A stretch of DNA of 64,000 nt. Source: Minisyncoccota bacterium. Lineage in GTDB: Bacteria; Patescibacteriota; Minisyncoccia; Phycocordibacterales; UBA5272. The translations under genes and the position numbers were made by a program. The stretch covers positions 77,471 through 141,470 of the forward strand of contig JAGOQU010000002.1 of NCBI GenBank assembly GCA_018063165.1. The letters are read 5' to 3'. Below the pieces are notes generated by a model. That model was not told the DNA's origin, did no database searches, and saw nothing but the letters and a program-made list of their open reading frames with translations. Position 1 is the stretch's first letter. Each line of letters starts with the position of its first letter. Shown piece after piece: positions 38,327-48,175 of this stretch.

Positions 38327-39139
38327 ATGAATTATGCACTTTTTGATATACATTCCCATGTTCATGATAAAGCTTTTAATGATGATAGGGAAAAAGTATT
38401 AGAAGAAATGAAATCGTACGGTGTTGGTACAATAACAATTGGTACTGATTGTAAAGAAAGTGAAGCATCAGTAGCTCTTTCTGAGAAATATGCACATGTA
38501 TATGCATCTGTTGGTTTGCATCCAAATGATAATAAAGAAGAATTGTTTGATGAAAAAAAATATGAAGAACTAGCACTACATGAAAAGGTTGTGGCTATTG
38601 GTGAATGTGGTCTTGATTATTTTAGACTTGAAGAAGTAAAAGATGTTGTGATTGATGAAGAAAAAGCAAGACAGAAAGGTATTTTTATACAACAAATAGA
38701 ACTTGCTGTAAAAGTAAATAAGCCACTTATGCTTCATGGTAGACCTAGTAAGGGGACCATGGATGCGTATGAAGACATGCTTACTATTTTAGAAGAAAGT
38801 AAAAAAAAGTATGGTAATAAATTAAGAGGCAATGCTCATTTTTTTGCAGGTAATATAGATATAGCTCAGCGATTTATTAATATTGGTTTTACAATGAGTT
38901 TTTCTGGTGTGATTACTTTTACAAAAGAATTTGATGATGTGGTTAGATTCATACCACTTACCCTTCTTCATGCTGAAACAGATAGTCCATATGCTACACC
39001 AGTACCATATCGCGGAAAAAGAAATACACCAATGTATGTGCAAGAGGTGGTTGCAAAAATAGCAGTAATACGAGAACAGCCTATGGAAGAAGTAAGAGTG
39101 CAATTACTTGAAAACGCTAGACGAGTTTTTGGTATTTAA
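38327..39139 (+). CDS. tatD: TatD family metal-dependent hydrolase (DNase)
   Basis: 270 aa. DIHSHVH and GECGLDYF TatD motifs. Confidence 0.8.
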   Translation: MNYALFDIHSHVHDKAFNDDREKVLEEMKSYGVGTITIGTDCKESEASVALSEKYAHVYASVGLHPNDNKEELFDEKKYEELALHEKVVAIGECGLDYFRLEEVKDVVIDEEKARQKGIFIQQIELAVKVNKPLMLHGRPSKGTMDAYEDMLTILEESKKKYGNKLRGNAHFFAGNIDIAQRFINIGFTMSFSGVITFTKEFDDVVRFIPLTLLHAETDSPYATPVPYRGKRNTPMYVQEVVAKIAVIREQPMEEVRVQLLENARRVFGI

Positions 39140-39145
39140 ATTTTG

Positions 39146-39174
39146 TTGACAAAAAAACTGAAAAAGTACAGAAT
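39146..39174 (+). promoter_or_regulatory. sigma70-type promoter
   Basis: TTGACA, 17 nt spacer, CAGAAT, upstream of the small ORF at 39209. Confidence 0.4.
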
Positions 39175-39208
39175 GCGTTCAGAGTAGTTTTACTATAAAG
39201 GGGTCAAT

Positions 39209-39484
39209 ATGCAAACACTTACTGGGATTCCTCATAAAGATATTCCTGTTGCTGGATTTGTGCGTGGATTAAAAGATCTTCGTGACGGTAATACAAAATT
39301 CCGTATTGTGGATTCATGGTTTATTGTTCCTACAAAAAGTACATATGCAAAAATAGTTCATGAATATGAAAAAGTGGTTGTTGTTTTTTCAAATAGTGGT
39401 AAAAAGCATCCAAAAATTATTTCTATTACTCCGGTTGGAAACATTGGAGATTTGCTAAAAATAATGTCCTCATATCATGAATAG
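39209..39484 (+). CDS. hypothetical small protein
   Basis: 91 aa. An AAAGGGG Shine-Dalgarno-like sequence upstream. No motif recognised. Confidence 0.4.
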   Translation: MQTLTGIPHKDIPVAGFVRGLKDLRDGNTKFRIVDSWFIVPTKSTYAKIVHEYEKVVVVFSNSGKKHPKIISITPVGNIGDLLKIMSSYHE

Positions 39485-39563
39485 AAGTAATACATTAAAC
39501 GAAAGATCTACACATTGTTGTAGGTCTTTTCTTTTACCTAAAAACGTGGTATAATAGCACCCT

Positions 39564-40079
39564 ATGACTGATATAAATGAAATCACAGTAGACAGCCGTG
39601 TGTATGAAATTTCTTTCATCTTTGATAACAAACTAGATGAAGGAGCGGCGCTTGATAAGGCAAACGCAATCAAGCAGTCTATTGCTACCTTAGGAGGTAG
39701 CTTCATTTCAGAAGAAGCTCCGTATATGCGTGAGCTTGCCTATGAAATGGTGCGCGTTGTTAACAATGTTAACGTTCGTTTTAATGAAGGATATTTTGGA
39801 TGGATAAAATTCGAAATGGAAGGTTCTAATGTTAAGGAGTTTGAAAAAGCACTTAAATTAGATGAACAAATAGTTCGTTACTTGGTTGTAAAAACAGTTA
39901 GAGAGAATACTGTATATACAAAGCGTGCACCTGTTATAAAAGTAGAATCATTAGCTAATAATGAAACTGACGATATAGTAGATATTGATACTACAAAAGA
40001 CGCAGATATTATTTTAGATGAAGTAAGACCAAGTCTTGAATCTGTTGATTCAGAAGTTACTGGCGAAATAGTAAAATAA
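39564..40079 (+). CDS. rpsF: 30S ribosomal protein S6 with C-terminal extension
   Basis: N-terminal YEISFIFD resembles the S6 start (YEIVFMV). Operon context with ssb and rpsR. Acidic C-terminal extension. Confidence 0.7.
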   Translation: MTDINEITVDSRVYEISFIFDNKLDEGAALDKANAIKQSIATLGGSFISEEAPYMRELAYEMVRVVNNVNVRFNEGYFGWIKFEMEGSNVKEFEKALKLDEQIVRYLVVKTVRENTVYTKRAPVIKVESLANNETDDIVDIDTTKDADIILDEVRPSLESVDSEVTGEIVK

Positions 40080-40122
40080 AGTTTACACTAGTAACTACTA
40101 TTAATCAGTAATTAGTTATCGT

Positions 40123-40590
40123 ATGTACCTCAATAAAACATTTTTGTTCGGAAATCTTACTCGTGATCCTGAAATGAAATCTCTTCCTAACGGAACAGCT
40201 GTCACTCAGTTCTCTATTGCAACTAACCGTATCTATAAAGATGCACAAGGTCAGAAGCAAGAGCAAGCAGAGTACCACAATATTGTAATATTCGGAAGAC
40301 AAGCAGAAACAAGTGCTCAGTACCTTAAAAAAGGACAAGGAGTCATGATAGAAGGACGTATACAAACTCGTTCATGGGATGATAAAACAACCGGTGAGAA
40401 AAAGTATCGTACAGAAATTATTGCTGATCAAGTTCAATTTGGTCCAAAATCTGGCCCTGCACCAGAAGGTGGCTACGCTCCAAAGCCTGCACAAACAGGA
40501 AATGCTACTCCAGCACCATCTGCTATGCCAGATCTCGACACAATCGACTATGGTGATAGCAATGTAAATGTTGATGACATTCCTTTCTAA
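40123..40590 (+). CDS. ssb: single-stranded DNA-binding protein
   Basis: OB-fold region with [10 protein letters not shown], a Gly/Pro/Ala-rich linker and a C-terminal DDIPF tail. Confidence 0.85.
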   Translation: MYLNKTFLFGNLTRDPEMKSLPNGTAVTQFSIATNRIYKDAQGQKQEQAEYHNIVIFGRQAETSAQYLKKGQGVMIEGRIQTRSWDDKTTGEKKYRTEIIADQVQFGPKSGPAPEGGYAPKPAQTGNATPAPSAMPDLDTIDYGDSNVNVDDIPF

Positions 40591-40631
40591 AACACAAAAA
40601 GTTTACTTATAAATTATTAATAATCGTAGAT

Positions 40632-40835
40632 ATGAAAAAACAAGATCACTTCAATCAGAACAGTATTAAGTTTATTGACTACAAGGATACAGAAATCCTC
40701 GTTAAGTTCATTAACCCACATGCTCGTATTCTTAATCGTCGCAAGACAGGGCTCACAGCAAAGAATCAGAGAGCTCTTGCGAATGCTATCAAGCGTTCAC
40801 GTTTCATGGGGCTTCTTCCATACGTTGCGCACTAA
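40632..40835 (+). CDS. rpsR: 30S ribosomal protein S18
   Basis: 67 aa. IDYKDTEIL ... KFI ... [33 protein letters not shown] is the S18 signature. Confidence 0.85.
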   Translation: MKKQDHFNQNSIKFIDYKDTEILVKFINPHARILNRRKTGLTAKNQRALANAIKRSRFMGLLPYVAH

Positions 40836-40917
40836 CACGACCACAGACTTCGCAGACGAGACATAGATCACGTAGATGAAATGCACACAAAAGCGAACTC
40901 TTACGAGTTCGCTTTTG

Positions 40918-41154
40918 TTATTTGTATGTATTCTCATCTCTCAATTTTACCGAATCAATTACAGTATCATTGTTTTCTTTGTGGAAAATAATTCTAAAGT
41001 TACCTTTACGGATTCTATAGAGTTCTAATCCTTTTAACTTTATCGGTTTTAAATGTGAAATATCTTTTTCATTAAGAATTTCTTCTATGACGAATAAGAG
41101 AGCTTCTCTATCCTTTTTAGAAATTTTATTAAGTAGTTTTTCTATTTTGTTCAT
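40918..41154 (-). CDS. RelE/ParE-superfamily type II toxin
   Basis: 78 aa. ELYRIRKGNFRIIFHKENNDTVIDSVKLRDENTY matches the RelE/ParE C-terminal pattern (R.R.G.YRIIY ... V ... RK). Confidence 0.55.
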   Translation of the reverse strand: MNKIEKLLNKISKKDREALLFVIEEILNEKDISHLKPIKLKGLELYRIRKGNFRIIFHKENNDTVIDSVKLRDENTYK

Positions 41155-41164
41155 AGAAATTCTA

Positions 41165-41416
41165 TTACTGAAGCTTCTTTAATATTTTTACAAGTTCAGT
41201 TGCCTTAATTCCTTTTCCATTATTATCTCTAATTGCATCAAAAACAGTGTATGCAGGGTCTCCTTTTTCAAGGCGTGCAGGGGATATGTGAAGTGTATCA
41301 CCTTTCTGAGTTACAAGAATAGTATTGGTTTTTGTCATATTGCGCCACGCTACAGGAAGGGTGATTTGCCCTTTGCTTGTTATCTTTTGTATTCTTTCTT
41401 GCGATGTTGTTTTCAT
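41165..41416 (-). CDS. AbrB/MazE (SpoVT-AbrB fold) antitoxin
   Basis: 83 aa. KGQITLPVAWR matches the swapped-hairpin AbrB/MazE motif. It sits immediately upstream of, and co-oriented with, the toxin gene. Confidence 0.55.
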   Translation of the reverse strand: MKTTSQERIQKITSKGQITLPVAWRNMTKTNTILVTQKGDTLHISPARLEKGDPAYTVFDAIRDNNGKGIKATELVKILKKLQ

Positions 41417-41542
41417 ATTCCTTATTTTATTACTTCCTTACTTACCTGTCAACACAATTAGTTATACTAATAACTATATAGTATTTTTTATTACAAAATA
41501 CTATACTTAGTATATTAGATTCTATAATTTATTTTTACATAC

Positions 41543-42100
41543 ATGAAAATAGAAAATAAGGTGCTCAGAGCACAGGCAAGAGAAGCTCTTTCAGGAAAGT
41601 GGTGGTCAGCTATTGGTGCCTTTATTATTTTTGAAGTGGCTTTAATTGCATCTAGTTATGTTAATCCAAGGACTAGTGGTTTTATTTACGGGGATACAAT
41701 TGGAGATATCGTATATGTAATTTATGCAATTTTTGGGGAAACAATTGTGGATATCATATGTACAATTATACAATATTGTATCGCTGGTCTAGCTACAATA
41801 GGTCTAATTTTTTACTATATAAAACTCTCAAGAGGTCAAAGTACTGATCTGTCGCATTTAGCGGTAGGTTTCACAAGATTCTTTAGGAATGTTCTCGCAT
41901 ATGTAATGGTACTTGTTGCGACAATGTTTGGTTTCATGTTATTTATTATTCCTGGCGTTATTATCGCACTTATGTTTTCACAAACATTGTTTATTCTTGC
42001 TGATAATCAGGAAATTGGTGCAGTTGACGCAATAAAGAAAAGTGTAAAAATGATGGATGGAAATAAAAGAAAGTTGCTTGGTATGTTGTCATATTTTTAG
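41543..42100 (+). CDS. DUF975-like membrane protein, N-terminal part (possibly one gene split with 42103..42429)
   Basis: The N-terminus (KVLRAQAREALSGKWWSAIGAFIIF) resembles the DUF975 pattern. The ORF ends at a TAG that is followed 2 nt later by another hydrophobic ORF in a different frame. Confidence 0.4.
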   Translation: MKIENKVLRAQAREALSGKWWSAIGAFIIFEVALIASSYVNPRTSGFIYGDTIGDIVYVIYAIFGETIVDIICTIIQYCIAGLATIGLIFYYIKLSRGQSTDLSHLAVGFTRFFRNVLAYVMVLVATMFGFMLFIIPGVIIALMFSQTLFILADNQEIGAVDAIKKSVKMMDGNKRKLLGMLSYF

Positions 42101-42102
42101 CG

Positions 42103-42429
42103 ATGTTGTTGTTATCTGTTGTTGGTATTTTTATTTTAGTAACGATATGGTGGTGGGTATATGCATCAGTAGGTGGGGTAGCAGGTTTTAATGTAACAAA
42201 TTTCTTTGGTAGTGCTACGGGTATTTTAATAGCAAGATTTTTAAGGTTCTTCGTAAGTTTTTTTTGGATATGTCCATATATGATGGTTTCATTGGCTAAG
42301 TTTTACGATGATATTAAGAGTGTTAATGATGAGATCTTTATTGCTCCTAAAGTAAATACACCCACAGAAGCTATTTCTCAGAGTTCTGAGGATACTTCTG
42401 CCTCAGTTACCGCTTCTGTGGTAGTGTAA
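42103..42429 (+). CDS. hydrophobic membrane protein, possible C-terminal part of the split DUF975-like gene
   Basis: 108 aa with transmembrane segments. It abuts the previous ORF with a frame change. Confidence 0.35.
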   Translation: MLLLSVVGIFILVTIWWWVYASVGGVAGFNVTNFFGSATGILIARFLRFFVSFFWICPYMMVSLAKFYDDIKSVNDEIFIAPKVNTPTEAISQSSEDTSASVTASVVV

Positions 42430-42633
42430 TCTGCTTTTTCTTGCAAATAAAGTGCTGTGTTATACTTTAAAATATGGTTAAAAAGTTATTAGTAATTGTT
42501 GCAGTTTTAGTATTTTTTAGCATTGTTGGTGTTTTGTTATATTTAAGACAAGCAGCAAAACAAAGTCCTTCTATACAAGGAAATGAATATGATAAAAATA
42601 TGAAGAAGAAAACAGAAGAATTTTTAAAATAAT

Positions 42634-42984
42634 ATGAATGAAGCACCTCTTAATCTTTCTAGTCAAGAAAATAAGAATCAAACTTCTTCTAAGGAAAAAT
42701 TACTTGGAAAATATGACAAAGAAAGTGTCTATAAAAAAATAATGGAAATGAGTGAAGCTGATAAAGATGCTTTTAAATTAGCTCTTAACTTAAATGGTTT
42801 TGATCCTGATCAAATGGAAAAAGAAGTTGAAGACATGATGTTTGATGATTCTGATTACACAGAAGAAAGAGGAGCTAAAATTTCTTCTTTGCTTGGGGAT
42901 TTTAAGTATCATACTGACACAGCATCAAAGAAATTAATAGCGAGAGATTTGGTATATTGTTTGCAAGGAAAAGTTTTGCACTAG
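42634..42984 (+). CDS. hypothetical protein
   Basis: 116 aa, acidic. No motif recognised. Confidence 0.35.
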   Translation: MNEAPLNLSSQENKNQTSSKEKLLGKYDKESVYKKIMEMSEADKDAFKLALNLNGFDPDQMEKEVEDMMFDDSDYTEERGAKISSLLGDFKYHTDTASKKLIARDLVYCLQGKVLH

Positions 42985-43079
42985 TTTAGTGTAAAAAAGA
43001 GTGAGTTTACCTTTGGCAAAGTCACTCTTTTTTGTTAGTATTAACACTAATTACTAATAATCAATAACTAAGAATTAAT

Positions 43080-43691
43080 ATGCATCCAAAAAAAGAAAGA
43101 ACATTTGTTATCCTTAAGCCAGACGCAGTACAGCGTGGTCTTGTTGGAGATATTATTAAGCGTTTCGAGCGTATTGGTCTTAAGATTGTAGGCATGAAAA
43201 TGCATATGGTCAATGAGCAAACACTTTGGGATCATTATAATAAAGACGATGCTTGGTATATAAAGAAGGGAAGTAATATTGTTGAGAATAAAAAGAAGCT
43301 TGGCATGGTTGTAGATAAGGAACCTATTGAGTATGGAAAGGATATTATTCGTGCGATGGTGCACTACATGTGCGCTTCACCAGTAGTCTCACTTGTTATT
43401 GAGGGTAACGGTGCTCAGTCTGTAGTAAAGCGTCTTGTAGGAAGCACAGAACCATCAACAGCGGATACTGGAACTATACGTGGTGACTATTCACTCGATT
43501 CATACTATCTTTGTGATACAGATGGTTCACGTGGTATGCGTAACCTTATTCATTGTACAGATCCAGCAGATGGTGAGGGTGCATATGAAAGAGAGGTTAA
43601 TCTTTGGTTTACTAAGGAAGAAGTTATGAATTATCGTCTCGTTTCAGAAGCGATGCTTTATGATGTTAATCTTGATGGAATTCTTGAATAA
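43080..43691 (+). CDS. ndk: nucleoside diphosphate kinase (long form with insertions)
   Basis: TFVILKPDAVQRGLVGDIIKRFE and NLIHCTD (catalytic His region) match NDK. At 203 aa it is long compared with the usual 140 to 150 aa. Confidence 0.7.
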   Translation: MHPKKERTFVILKPDAVQRGLVGDIIKRFERIGLKIVGMKMHMVNEQTLWDHYNKDDAWYIKKGSNIVENKKKLGMVVDKEPIEYGKDIIRAMVHYMCASPVVSLVIEGNGAQSVVKRLVGSTEPSTADTGTIRGDYSLDSYYLCDTDGSRGMRNLIHCTDPADGEGAYEREVNLWFTKEEVMNYRLVSEAMLYDVNLDGILE

Positions 43692-43812
43692 ATTAGCTGA
43701 TAGACAATAGTCGATAGATTATAGTAAAAGTAAATACAAAAGTGGTCTCGACAAGACCACTTTTGTTATTTGTGTGTAGTCGGGTAAAAGTGTATACTTT
43801 TAAGTATTAAAT

Positions 43813-44211
43813 ATGTTATATTTATTCTCCACTGAAGGCAGAATTTCAAGAGAAAAATTCTGGAAAGGTTTCATCCTCTATTTTGTAGTTTCAGTTATCG
43901 CGTACGGTTTTTTTACGCAGACAGCTTTCAGCACAAATGGTTCTTTTGACGGTTCTTCAGCTCATTTAATGGGTTTTATTATTATATTCCAAATTTTTGC
44001 TAAGCTTATTTTTCTCTTATTTATGGTAAGACGAATTCATGATAGAGATAAAAGTGGTTGGTGGGTGCTGTTAGGATTGGTTCCGGGTCTTGGTTTTTGG
44101 TGGGTTGTAATTGAAGGTGGTTTATTGAAGGGTACGTCTGGTTCAAATAAATATGGACTAGATCCGCTTGACTCAAATGATGTGTTGACAGTTCCTATTG
44201 ATAGACAATAG
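43813..44211 (+). CDS. DUF805 family membrane protein
   Basis: GRISREKFW ... RRIHDRDKSGWWVL matches the DUF805 signature (R.HD.G.SGWW). Confidence 0.6.
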   Translation: MLYLFSTEGRISREKFWKGFILYFVVSVIAYGFFTQTAFSTNGSFDGSSAHLMGFIIIFQIFAKLIFLLFMVRRIHDRDKSGWWVLLGLVPGLGFWWVVIEGGLLKGTSGSNKYGLDPLDSNDVLTVPIDRQ

Positions 44212-44540
44212 TTTTCCGACTATAGCAAAAAAAGCACAAAATGAACTCTAAACTACCAAGTTTACTTCTTGGAAGATGGGGTCGTTTTTGTATTGCTATT
44301 GTCTATAAGCTATGTGCTATAAGCTGTATCTGCTATCCACTCTATCCACCTAATCCACACCAATTTTTTGACTTGCAAGGTTCTGTGGGAGGAATATAAT
44401 ACGCATAGGTGCTCTAGTTATCATAACTGTTTTCCTTCGAAGGGTTGGTGCATGTCAGATGTTGCATAGTCGTTCGTGACGCATGTCTCTCTAATACGTA
44501 TCAGCACAGTGTATGGAATTGTGAGTACCTCCACTATAGA

Positions 44541-44575
44541 AAAATCCTGATGAGTGTCATCGGGATTTTTCTTTT
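44541..44575 (+). terminator. rho-independent terminator-like hairpin in an ORF-free region
   Basis: AUCCUGAUGA / UCAUCGGGAU stem with one G-U pair, then a T-run. Confidence 0.5.
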
Positions 44576-44749
44576 CCGGAGACTCTTTACTTTTTTTATT
44601 GTAAGCATATAATGATTTATAGGGAGCTTAGGTATTTTTCTGGATAATACATCTTTGGGTTATGGAATATTGCGAAAAGACTGTGGTCCTTCCGTTTTCT
44701 TACCCACCTGACATAAAACATCAGGAAGATGTCCTTGGCTCCCAAACAA

Positions 44750-44776
44750 AACATCACCGAAAGGTGATTTTTTGTT
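44750..44776 (+). terminator. rho-independent terminator-like hairpin
   Basis: ATCACCGAAAGGTGAT followed by TTTTTTG. Confidence 0.55.
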
Positions 44777-44826
44777 TCTGTTCGCGCCTACTAGCAACTA
44801 TGAGCGAGTAACTATATACTATATAC

Positions 44827-45207
44827 ATGATACGAATTATTCTTTCATTACTTTTTTTACTTACGGTATTTTCTATTTCTAAATTTATATTTGATCCGGC
44901 GTATCTTTATTATGAGCTTCCTTGGCTTGATATACCTATGCATGTTATTGGTGGTATTTGTGTTGCTTTTCTTGTTACATCACTTCTTTTATATAAAAAA
45001 ATAAAAGTATCATTTCTGTATATAGTTGTGTGGTACATGATAATAGCTTTTTCTTGGGAAATATATGAACACATTCTTAATTATATGCATGTAAAAACGT
45101 GGTATGGCAGTAGAATGCCTTTAGAAGATATAGTTGATTCATTGTATGATTTTTTAAATGGTTTTATAGGTATGAGTATTTTCTATCTTTTTATGAAGAA
45201 AAAATAG
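44827..45207 (+). CDS. hypothetical membrane protein
   Basis: 126 aa with 3 or 4 transmembrane segments. Confidence 0.4.
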   Translation: MIRIILSLLFLLTVFSISKFIFDPAYLYYELPWLDIPMHVIGGICVAFLVTSLLLYKKIKVSFLYIVVWYMIIAFSWEIYEHILNYMHVKTWYGSRMPLEDIVDSLYDFLNGFIGMSIFYLFMKKK

Positions 45208-45266
45208 TATATACTAATTGGTAGTGTATATTTCTATTTACAATCAATTTTACATCATTAGTTTTT

Positions 45267-46640
45267 ATGTCTACATTCAAAATTACATTTGCAGGAGGTG
45301 CACAGATGCCAACAGGTTCTAACTTTTTGGTGGAATTTGGTGGTAAAAAAATTCTTATAGATTGTGGTCTTGTCCAAGGAGAAAAATATTCAGTACCTAT
45401 CAATAGTGAACCTTTTTCATATGACCCAAAAAGTGTTGATTTCCTTTTCATTACTCATGCGCACCTAGATCATGTAGGAAAAATTCCAAGACTTGTTCGT
45501 GAAGGGTTTAGAAATAACATAATAAGCACAGAACCTACACGTGAGATGGCTGAACTTATCATGCTTGATTCTATGGGGATACTTGCAAAAGAGGCGACAA
45601 GAGATGGTACACCAATGCTTTATGAAGAAAAAGATGTTTTAGAAACTATGCATTTATGGGGAACAACACTACCGTATGAAAAAGCATACACTATAACAAC
45701 AGACGATGGTGATGCTACTGTGACACTACACGATGCTGGGCATATTTTAGGAAGTGCAATTATTGAGATTGCATATAAAGGGAAGAAGCTTGCTTTCACC
45801 GGAGACTTGGGTAATACGCCGTCACCACTTATGAGAGACACTACTTTACTTAAAGATATTGATTATCTAGTTATAGAAAGTGTGTACGGTGATAGAAATC
45901 ATAAAGATAAAGATAGACGTATAGAGATTTTTAAGGAAGCAGTTACGACGACTATACACAAAGGAGGAACAGTTCTTATTCCTGCATTTTCTATTGAACG
46001 TACACAAGAAATGCTTCTTGCTTTTAATGAATTAGTTGAAACAAAACAAATACCAGAGATACCAGTGTATCTTAATTCTCCATTAGGAATAAACATTACA
46101 AAAATCTATAAAAAATATGACAGTTGGTTTAATGAAAATATAGAATCAATTATTAAAAGTGGTGACGATATTTTTGCATTTAAAGGTCTCATACAGACAC
46201 CGTCACCAGAAGAAAGTAAAGCAATAAATGGAGATAATAGGCCAAAGGTAATTATCGCAGGAAGTGGCATGAGTAATGGTGGCCGTATTTTACACCATGA
46301 AGCAAAGTATCTACCTGATCCAAACAGTACTATTATTATCGCAGGGTATCAAGCAGTAAACACTCTCGGTAGACATATAGTAGACGAAGAGAGGGAAGTA
46401 TATATACACGGTAATCCAATCCCACTTAGAGCACGTGTTGTTAATATTCATGGTTTTTCTGCACATAAAGATTCAGAGCATCTGGTTGAGTTTGTTGCGT
46501 CTACCGCAGACACTCTCAAGAAAGTTATTGTGGTTCTTGGTGAGCCAAAGAGTACATATTTCTTGGGTCAGCGTATACACGAGACGTATGATCTTCCTGT
46601 ATCTGTTCCTGAAAAAGGGGATGTAATGATTCTTGAATAA
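45267..46640 (+). CDS. MBL-fold beta-CASP family hydrolase (RNase J/CPSF-like RNA-processing nuclease)
   Basis: HAHLDHVG (the HxHxDH motif), followed by the beta-CASP region and a C-terminal RNA-metabolising MBL motif (HGFSAHKD). Confidence 0.7.
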   Translation: MSTFKITFAGGAQMPTGSNFLVEFGGKKILIDCGLVQGEKYSVPINSEPFSYDPKSVDFLFITHAHLDHVGKIPRLVREGFRNNIISTEPTREMAELIMLDSMGILAKEATRDGTPMLYEEKDVLETMHLWGTTLPYEKAYTITTDDGDATVTLHDAGHILGSAIIEIAYKGKKLAFTGDLGNTPSPLMRDTTLLKDIDYLVIESVYGDRNHKDKDRRIEIFKEAVTTTIHKGGTVLIPAFSIERTQEMLLAFNELVETKQIPEIPVYLNSPLGINITKIYKKYDSWFNENIESIIKSGDDIFAFKGLIQTPSPEESKAINGDNRPKVIIAGSGMSNGGRILHHEAKYLPDPNSTIIIAGYQAVNTLGRHIVDEEREVYIHGNPIPLRARVVNIHGFSAHKDSEHLVEFVASTADTLKKVIVVLGEPKSTYFLGQRIHETYDLPVSVPEKGDVMILE

Positions 46641-46699
46641 TGTTTCATTAAAAGTATTATTCACTATCATCTATTATATATAAGCTATATACTATTTTT

Positions 46700-47275
46700 A
46701 TGAAACAACAACGAATTACAATTAGTGTGTCAGGTGCAGCAGAAATTGCTCATTGCGGTCCTACAGTTATTCCTATAGCAAAGGAACTAGGGCGTGAGAT
46801 CGCTCGCCAAGGGTGTCAAATTATTACTGGTGCAACAAGTGGTTTTCCAATGTATTCTGCAGAAGGCGCAAAAGAAGCTGGTGGTTTTTCTTTTGGTCTT
46901 TCTCCTGCAGCTAGTAAAAAAGAACATTTGGAAGTGTATCGTCTCCCATTAAAAGCAATGGATACTGTTATTTATACAGGATTTGGTTTCCCTGGACGTG
47001 ACCTTATGCTTATACGGTCGTCAGACGCTGTTGTTGTCGGCTGTGGACGAATTGGGACAATTCATGAGTTTACTGTTGCCTGGGAGGCAAATATGCCTCT
47101 TGGTGTGCTTACAGGGGAGTGGGCAACAGATGAAGTAATACAAAATATCATTAAAAATAGTGGTAGAACTAATCCAAATGTTGTCTTTGAAAAAGATCCA
47201 AAAATAATGATAGAAAAGCTTATTGAAATGGTAAGAAAACAAGAAGTGAATGGCGAAAGAGAAATGAGATTATAA
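46700..47275 (+). CDS. TIGR00725-like Rossmann-fold protein (LOG/SLOG superfamily)
   Basis: ITGATSGFPMYSAEGAKEAGGFSFGL and VVGCGRIGTIHEF resemble the LOG-family and TIGR00725 patterns. Confidence 0.4.
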   Translation: MKQQRITISVSGAAEIAHCGPTVIPIAKELGREIARQGCQIITGATSGFPMYSAEGAKEAGGFSFGLSPAASKKEHLEVYRLPLKAMDTVIYTGFGFPGRDLMLIRSSDAVVVGCGRIGTIHEFTVAWEANMPLGVLTGEWATDEVIQNIIKNSGRTNPNVVFEKDPKIMIEKLIEMVRKQEVNGEREMRL

Positions 47276-47316
47276 TAGTGTTTAAGAAATAAAAATATAA
47301 TAAACATTTATTTTAC

Positions 47317-48045
47317 ATGACATCAAAATTGACCATATCTTTACTAACTCTTTGTGTTTTATTTTTCTTTATTAATGGTTTTTTTGATTTTTCTAATTCA
47401 CAATTAGACAAAATCTATCTCACGGTAAGTACTTTTTTATTTTCCATATTTAATGGTTTTTTTATTTCAAGACAATCAAGTAGATATAGTGAGATTCGTA
47501 ATAATTTAAGCCGTTTCGATGCAAATATGAGTATTATTTTTCGAGAAAGTTCTCATTTAACAAAAGAAGAACATGCATATTTTGGAGATGTTATTAAAGA
47601 GTATTATATGAAGATACTTTCAAGTAAAGATTGGTCATACTATTTTACACATAAAACAGATTTGATATCAAAACTTCATGTGTATTTAGAAAAATGTGGT
47701 GAAGCAGGAATGGATAAAATACGTGGAGAGGCTCAACGTAAAATATTAGGTACCTTAGATGACGTTCAAATAATACGAAAGGTATTAGTTTCTCTTAAAG
47801 AAGAAACAATACCTCGTTTTCAGCAGTTTTTTATTTATACTTTGGCTGTAATTTTATTTTTAGCAATTATGACTCTTCCTTCAGAGGGTCTTGTTGTTGC
47901 GTCTATTTTAAAAAGTGTGTATATGGTTACGGTGATTTCTGTGGTAATACTTCTTAAAAAGTTTAATGATTTGACGTTGTTTGAGGGTGTTATAGGTGAG
48001 CATAGCGCAAGAGATGTTGTGGGTATTATAGATGGGGAGAAATAG
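47317..48045 (+). CDS. hypothetical membrane protein
   Basis: 242 aa with N- and C-terminal transmembrane helices. Confidence 0.4.
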   Translation: MTSKLTISLLTLCVLFFFINGFFDFSNSQLDKIYLTVSTFLFSIFNGFFISRQSSRYSEIRNNLSRFDANMSIIFRESSHLTKEEHAYFGDVIKEYYMKILSSKDWSYYFTHKTDLISKLHVYLEKCGEAGMDKIRGEAQRKILGTLDDVQIIRKVLVSLKEETIPRFQQFFIYTLAVILFLAIMTLPSEGLVVASILKSVYMVTVISVVILLKKFNDLTLFEGVIGEHSARDVVGIIDGEK

Positions 48046-48095
48046 TGATCATATAAAAGTGAGGAGAGTTGTGCGTACCTCGTGCTTCAAATATG

Positions 48096-48130
48096 GATAA
48101 ATAAAGAAAAGCGCGACCTTCGGTCGCGCT
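48096..48130. terminator. bidirectional rho-independent terminator between convergent genes
   Basis: AAAGCGCGACCTTCGGTCGCGCTTTT with A-runs and T-runs on both sides. Confidence 0.7.
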
Positions 48131-48175
48131 TTTCTATTTTGCTGTCAACTATAGTCTATCGACTGTTTGCTGTAT

